IMG/VR virus record: IMGVR_UViG_3300032242_002454
Location: 124,001-188,000 of that record
DNA: 64,000 nt
Direction: 5' to 3' (one strand)
Positions 58,899 through 64,000 of the stretch are shown here, one piece after another. The notes under the pieces were generated by a model. It saw only the letters and a program-made list of their open reading frames with translations. It was not told the DNA's origin and did not search any database. Position 1 is the first letter of the stretch, and every line of letters begins with the position of its first letter. The position numbers and the translations under genes are program-made.

Positions 58899-60479
58899 AT
58901 GCTTACTCCTAGAGAATTATACAACCAATATACCTCTCAGATATATAATGATATTCATGGAAAAGGAACGCCATATGATCTAGTAAGATTAGTATATTTT
59001 CTGAAACATCTTAAAACACCTTGTTACAGAAGAACTCTCAATTCTATTGTAACTAATCCAAATGGGACAACATCTGAACAAAAAGATACTTGGAATACTA
59101 TTACTGATACTGGATTAGGAAAGCTTGGTATACCATTTAAATTTTTAACCAGAATAGATGCCGAAGCTTTTGAAGAAATTCAACCATCTATGGATAGTGG
59201 AACAGCTTTTGCTGTTAGAAATTCTTGTGATCTTACTAGAGCTTGTGATACAGAAATCAAAAAAGCTTATGATTTATGGGAAGCTAGGATGGCAACAGAG
59301 TATTTACAGCGTTTTGCTGGTAATTCTTTACCTGATTGTTTATTAATGCTGGGGCCTGATTTAGTATCAGAAGATACTGCTCTTAATAGATCAACAGGTT
59401 GTGGAGACCTATCCTGCATAACTAATACTAAGTTTGAAGACGAAGTAGTGGGTGCTATTGGTGCTCCTCATTCGTGTATGCGAAATAAAACTGGCAAAAG
59501 ATATTGTGGTAGCTGTGGTACTTGTGATATAGACCCAGAAGAAGATCCAGTAGGATTTGCTAATAATCCTTGCTGTACCTCACCAACTTGCGAAGATAAA
59601 ATTAATAAATGTTGTCATGGACCATTAACTTTAAGGTTTGATTTTACATATTTGCAGAGATCTGATGATAGCTTATTTGGTGGTACAGTTAATGCTGGAT
59701 GGGTGGATTCAATATTTAAACATATTGGTATTATTAAAAGAAAAAGTTATGGTGGTTATGCTAATTTCATAGATAGCAGTGGATCTAATTTTTATGCTAG
59801 TCCTGATAATGTATTTTTAAGATATATGCAATCTCAAAATGGATATGATTATACTAAAGATACGTCAACTTCTGGAACTATTGACAGAATCAAAACTATT
59901 TGTGGATTATTTGGTGATACAGAGACAATTGTTAAGAATATTAAAGATTTATTATTTAATGGATATGGGGTAGTACTATTTACTAATGTCGGTTTTCCTG
60001 ATATTAGAGATTCTACTGGATTAAGTTATCCAGATCGTAATTGGTATCATACCTACTCTATCATAGCTTACGATGATAGAAAAACTGAATTTAAAGAATG
60101 TGTATTTTTATTAGCAAACAGTTGGGGAGAATGGAATTCTGGAGGTAATCCTACTTGGGGACCAATACCTCCCGGAAGTTTTTTGGTAACTGAAAGTCAT
60201 TTAAAATGTATGTTAGATTTCAATAGAGCCCCAGACTATAAGGGTTGTAAATCTCAATTTTGTCCACCTCCATGTCCTACACCAGAAGATTTTGCTGCTT
60301 GCACAGATGAAGGGACATGTGTTCCTTTTGAGTGTACCGATAAACAAAAGGCTTTTGGTTTAGCTTTTGCTCTTTCTATGAAAGAAGGATTTCTTCTTCA
60401 AAAGTTAGATTATGATCAATTTACTAAGCCTATTTTACCAGTGCTCGACGGATCTATAGTTTACTTTAATCCAAATTAA
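58899..60479 (+). CDS. papain-fold protein with Cys-rich insertion, catalytic Cys apparently lost
   Basis: Paralog of 54339 (PRELY, RACD, EARMATE, WYH, ANSWG, PIPPGSFL); Q-PSMDSGTAF at the Cys site. Confidence 0.7.
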   Translation: MLTPRELYNQYTSQIYNDIHGKGTPYDLVRLVYFLKHLKTPCYRRTLNSIVTNPNGTTSEQKDTWNTITDTGLGKLGIPFKFLTRIDAEAFEEIQPSMDSGTAFAVRNSCDLTRACDTEIKKAYDLWEARMATEYLQRFAGNSLPDCLLMLGPDLVSEDTALNRSTGCGDLSCITNTKFEDEVVGAIGAPHSCMRNKTGKRYCGSCGTCDIDPEEDPVGFANNPCCTSPTCEDKINKCCHGPLTLRFDFTYLQRSDDSLFGGTVNAGWVDSIFKHIGIIKRKSYGGYANFIDSSGSNFYASPDNVFLRYMQSQNGYDYTKDTSTSGTIDRIKTICGLFGDTETIVKNIKDLLFNGYGVVLFTNVGFPDIRDSTGLSYPDRNWYHTYSIIAYDDRKTEFKECVFLLANSWGEWNSGGNPTWGPIPPGSFLVTESHLKCMLDFNRAPDYKGCKSQFCPPPCPTPEDFAACTDEGTCVPFECTDKQKAFGLAFALSMKEGFLLQKLDYDQFTKPILPVLDGSIVYFNPN

Positions 60480-60490
60480 TAAAGGCTATT

Positions 60491-63400
60491 ATGTCTCCAT
60501 CAACATGGTGCGATAAAGATCATTGGTATTCTGATCAAAATTTAACAGAAAAAAATAATAGTATACCTAAAAATGAAATAGATGACGTTGAAATAGAAGG
60601 AACTGGATATACTTATTCTATCATAGATAGTACATGTTTTGGAAGAATGCCATTTTTAAAATGTCATAATCTTAATGTTGTGATAGCAACAGGTGTTATT
60701 ATAGGTGAAGGAGGTTTACAATTTTCTTGTGCTAATTTAGCAGCAGACACAGTTTTCCTAGGTCCACAGAATATTACATGTCAACATTGGAATATTAATG
60801 AGTTTTGCAATTGGGATATTTCTACATTAATTACTTATCCTGGTCATAAATCTACTTTTTTAAATCAAATTATTTTTAGTAATCTGAATTCAGGATCTTT
60901 AGATCATACTTATATCAATGAATGCTATGTCAAATCTAATATATTAAATTTAGACCATTGTTATTTTCATGGAACCGATGATATAACAACATACATATCT
61001 TGTTCTAGTGGATTATTAATAAATTCACAAGCAAATAATAATAAAATATATTGGGAGGGTAATTTTTGGATTTCAGGTACCACGATTGATGACCAGTCAG
61101 GATTCAATAATGAATCTAAATTAAGAGGTAGTGGTCAGGGAACTTTTGATTTTACTCGATCTACTAATTTTGCGGCACTAGATGGTGATATTAAATTTGG
61201 GCATAACTCTAAGAATTATGGTAATCTGTATGGAAATCCTATTTTTTCTGGTGGTTCTCGTAACTATGGAATAATAGTTGGTGATTGTATTTTTAGTGGA
61301 GAAAATAGTGCTAATTACGGAACTATTTCTGGAACTAGCATTTTTGTTAGCGGAGCTTTAAATAGTGGAATTATTACTCAACCTTGTATTTTTTATTCTG
61401 GTACAAATAATTTTGGAACTTTAAAAGATTTTTCTCTTTTTTATTATGCTTATAATGGTGGATCATTAAATAATGGTTCTAAATTTATTTGTTCGGAAAA
61501 TATGAGTATTGGCTTGATTCCTAGTGGTGATGTTATTTTTATAAGCGGAATAAATCGGGGTAACCTAGCTACATCTGGTAAGATTTCTTTTAGTAGTGGA
61601 TGTCAAAATTTTGGTAATCTAACGTCACCTTCTGCCGAAATTAGTTTTGATTTTTATTCAAATAACATGGATCAATCAGAGATTAAAACTAGTGGTTTTG
61701 TTACATTCGGTACAGGGTGTGCTAACTTAGGCTTAATAAAAAATGGTATTTTTAATAGTTCATCTCAAAACTATGGAACTATTTCAAATACTGGTATTTT
61801 TAAAGATTTTTCAATTAATACCGGAATAATAACAACTGGAATTTTCTATAATTTATCTGTGAACGGAGGAAAGATTATAGATTTGGGTCAGTTTTATGGT
61901 TCATCTACGAATACCTATTATGATATTACAGTTAACACAACAGGCATCTTCAATGATTCCTCCATAAATAATGGATTTTTAAAAAATGGATCTTTCTATA
62001 ATAACAGTATAAATAATTCAGGATCAACTGCAAGAATTAAAACTTCTGGTATGTTTTATAATTCTTCAAAAAATTATGGATCTGGTTCAAATATTTTCTT
62101 TTATGATAATAGTCGTAATGGAGTTAGTGGTATTGTAGAGAGTGGTAGGTTTTTATCTCATTCTATTAACTCTAGTGGGGCTATAATTCAAAGTTTGGCT
62201 TATTTTAGTGGTAACAGTATCAATTGTGGAAATATTTTTCTTAGTGGTAATTGTGATATAGTTTTTAATGAAAATTCTATTAATAGCGGTATTATTAATA
62301 AAGATTTGGTTGTTCTTTTTTCTGGTTACTCTTCCAACAATAATTATGTAAAAAATGCTGAATTTTATAATTCTGGACAAAACGCTGTTATGGGTACTGG
62401 ATATAAATTGAGTTTTTTTAATGAATCATTCAATAAAGGATATATTGATCCTACTGGATTATTTTATGATAAATCTATGAATTTAAATAATGGAATTATA
62501 ATTAATGCTATTTTTTATGATAAGTCTAGTAATAGTAGTTCCATGAGACGACCTTTGGTATCCGGCTATGAGTTTTTAACATCTGGTAATCGTATATTAA
62601 AAATAACAGATACAGCAATAAATTTTGGAGAACTAAATAATGTTGATGTTAGTTTTTCTGGTGCTAGTATTAATCAAGGGACTATAACATGGAAATTCAA
62701 TCCATTATTTATTTATACTTCATCAGGTATATTTAACACTGGCACCACTCCCTATAGTTTTGTTGCGACAGGAATATTTTTACAAAATTATAGTGGAGCA
62801 AGTATTCCTACAGTTAATTTTAATGAATATTCAACTAATCAAGCAAATATAGTTGGATACAGAGATGTTTTATTCAATGGTACTACCATAATAGATTATA
62901 GTGGGGGTGTTACAAACTACGGATCTATTTCGACATATCCTCCAGTGCCTAAGGATAGTTTTTGTGTTAGTTTTATAAATGGAACTAATTATGGGCCAAT
63001 TCAAAATTTGTCTATTTTCTATAAGTCCATTAATTATGATGTTTTATTTATAGCTGAATTTGATCAAAGTATTAATTCTGGAACAATTATTGATTATGGG
63101 TCGTTTTATAAATCCATAAATTATGGTAATGTTAATTATGGATTTTTTCAATCAAAAAGTATTAATAGTGGAATTGTTAATATTGGTAATTTTCAACAAT
63201 CATATAATTTTAATCGTATAAATATTGGAGATTTTTATCAAGGTTCAATAAATACTCTTTCTGGAATTATTTCAAATTCAGGAAGCTTTTTTTCAAATAA
63301 TCCTCCATCTATCAATTATAGTACAATTATAACTCCTATAATATGTTTTTCTGGCGATTCAAAAAATATGGGAAGGGTAATGGAAGCATATTTTTCTGGT

Positions 63401-64000
63401 ACAGCTATTAATGATGTATCTGGGAATATACTAGGACATGGAATTTTTACAGATAAATCTACTAACAATAGTAATCAAGTGTCTTTATTAGACTTTTATG
63501 ATTCCTCTGCTAATCAAGCTAACTCAACAGGAATTTTTCAATTTCATGATCGGTCTCAAAATAGTGGAATTTTAACAGGTCAAACAATATTTTTGAATGA
63601 TAGTAAAATCTATGGGGAATGTTTTGGAAAAATATTTCTATATGATTCATCAATCAATAGTGGACTATTGTCAGGGACAATACTTCTCCAAGGATCAGGA
63701 TCTAATCCTCCTTCTAATCGTTCTTTAATAATAGGAGATAGTGATACTGTATTAGTATTAGCTGAAAACAATGGACAAATAGTAGGAAATAGTATATTTA
63801 CTTCTGGTATTAATAAGGGATTTATTGAAAAAGGATCATTTTTTAATAGTACTAATGATAGTAATGGAATAGTTTCTGGTGAAGGTAAATTTTATGATAG
63901 CGCAAATCTTGGAAATGTTAAAACAACCGCTCTTTTTTATGGAAGTGGTTATAATCTAGGTAGTGGGTCTGTGGGTATATTTAATAATCAATCAACTAAT
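60491..64000 (+). CDS. very large Asn/Gly/Ser-rich beta-helix-like repeat protein (partial, >1170 aa; tail fibre/adhesin candidate)
   Basis: ATG 60491; the first ~380 codons read open and the last codons at 64000 are in the same frame; recurring F-x-x-x-S-x-N-x-G-x-I units; absent from the track, consistent with no stop before the end. Confidence 0.8.
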   Translation, partial: MSPSTWCDKDHWYSDQNLTEKNNSIPKNEIDDVEIEGTGYTYSIIDSTCFGRMPFLKCHNLNVVIATGVIIGEGGLQFSCANLAADTVFLGPQNITCQHWNINEFCNWDISTLITYPGHKSTFLNQIIFSNLNSGSLDHTYINECYVKSNILNLDHCYFHGTDDITTYISCSSGLLINSQANNNKIYWEGNFWISGTTIDDQSGFNNESKLRGSGQGTFDFTRSTNFAALDGDIKFGHNSKNYGNLYGNPIFSGGSRNYGIIVGDCIFSGENSANYGTISGTSIFVSGALNSGIITQPCIFYSGTNNFGTLKDFSLFYYAYNGGSLNNGSKFICSENMSIGLIPSGDVIFISGINRGNLATSGKISFSSGCQNFGNLTSPSAEISFDFYSNNMDQSEIKTSGFVTFGTGCANLGLIKNGIFNSSSQNYGTISNTGIFKDFSINTGIITTGIFYNLSVNGGKIIDLGQFYGSSTNTYYDITVNTTGIFNDSSINNGFLKNGSFYNNSINNSGSTARIKTSGMFYNSSKNYGSGSNIFFYDNSRNGVSGIVESGRFLSHSINSSGAIIQSLAYFSGNSINCGNIFLSGNCDIVFNENSINSGIINKDLVVLFSGYSSNNNYVKNAEFYNSGQNAVMGTGYKLSFFNESFNKGYIDPTGLFYDKSMNLNNGIIINAIFYDKSSNSSSMRRPLVSGYEFLTSGNRILKITDTAINFGELNNVDVSFSGASINQGTITWKFNPLFIYTSSGIFNTGTTPYSFVATGIFLQNYSGASIPTVNFNEYSTNQANIVGYRDVLFNGTTIIDYSGGVTNYGSISTYPPVPKDSFCVSFINGTNYGPIQNLSIFYKSINYDVLFIAEFDQSINSGTIIDYGSFYKSINYGNVNYGFFQSKSINSGIVNIGNFQQSYNFNRINIGDFYQGSINTLSGIISNSGSFFSNNPPSINYSTIITPIICFSGDSKNMGRVMEAYFSGTAINDVSGNILGHGIFTDKSTNNSNQVSLLDFYDSSANQANSTGIFQFHDRSQNSGILTGQTIFLNDSKIYGECFGKIFLYDSSINSGLLSGTILLQGSGSNPPSNRSLIIGDSDTVLVLAENNGQIVGNSIFTSGINKGFIEKGSFFNSTNDSNGIVSGEGKFYDSANLGNVKTTALFYGSGYNLGSGSVGIFNNQSTN

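Noticed and set aside
571-62380. All minus-strand ORFs in the track and the + strand alternate-frame ORFs nested in long genes
   Set aside because: They are shadows of well-supported + strand genes, with no RBS, no motifs and compositions typical of antisense AT-rich frames
1-64000. Prophage or integrative element, or a bacterial chromosome segment
   Set aside because: No integrase, att-like boundary or block of host housekeeping operons; uniform strand and phage hallmark genes (rIIA/B, endonuclease VII, HNHs) throughout. Major capsid, terminase and portal genes were not recognised in this window

Overview
A 64-kb slice of a large, AT-rich, tailed dsDNA bacteriophage genome. Essentially every credible gene lies on the + strand, tightly packed with TAATG/ATGA overlaps. 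1-17.7 kb holds many small early-type ORFs plus ASCH, two metallophosphoesterases, thyX, UvsE, a deaminase and a TraR-like protein. 17.7-37.5 kb holds tRNA-Ile(UAU), a full tmRNA, tRNA-Leu(UAA), three free-standing HNH-type endonucleases, endonuclease VII, ATP-dependent DNA ligase, a kinase-like protein, an epimerase, rIIA/rIIB, a RepB-type primase and RuvB. 37.5-51.4 kb holds an actin-like ATPase, trypsin and subtilisin proteases, a macro domain, two tandem SET domains, GuaC, a glycosyltransferase, a bacterioferritin-like protein, a sigma factor, ClpP and a DeoC-like protein. 51.4-64 kb is a membrane/secreted-protein cluster with two papain-fold proteins, a 66-aa tandem-repeat protein and a >1170-aa beta-helix-like ORF that runs off the end and is missing from the ORF track. 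Two promoter classes are visible: sigma70-type with a conserved CGAT spacer motif, and a GGTGTAT class. There is no CRISPR array, integrase or reverse transcriptase. The host may be a planctomycete (inference only). All family assignments come from motif recognition by eye, not database searches.
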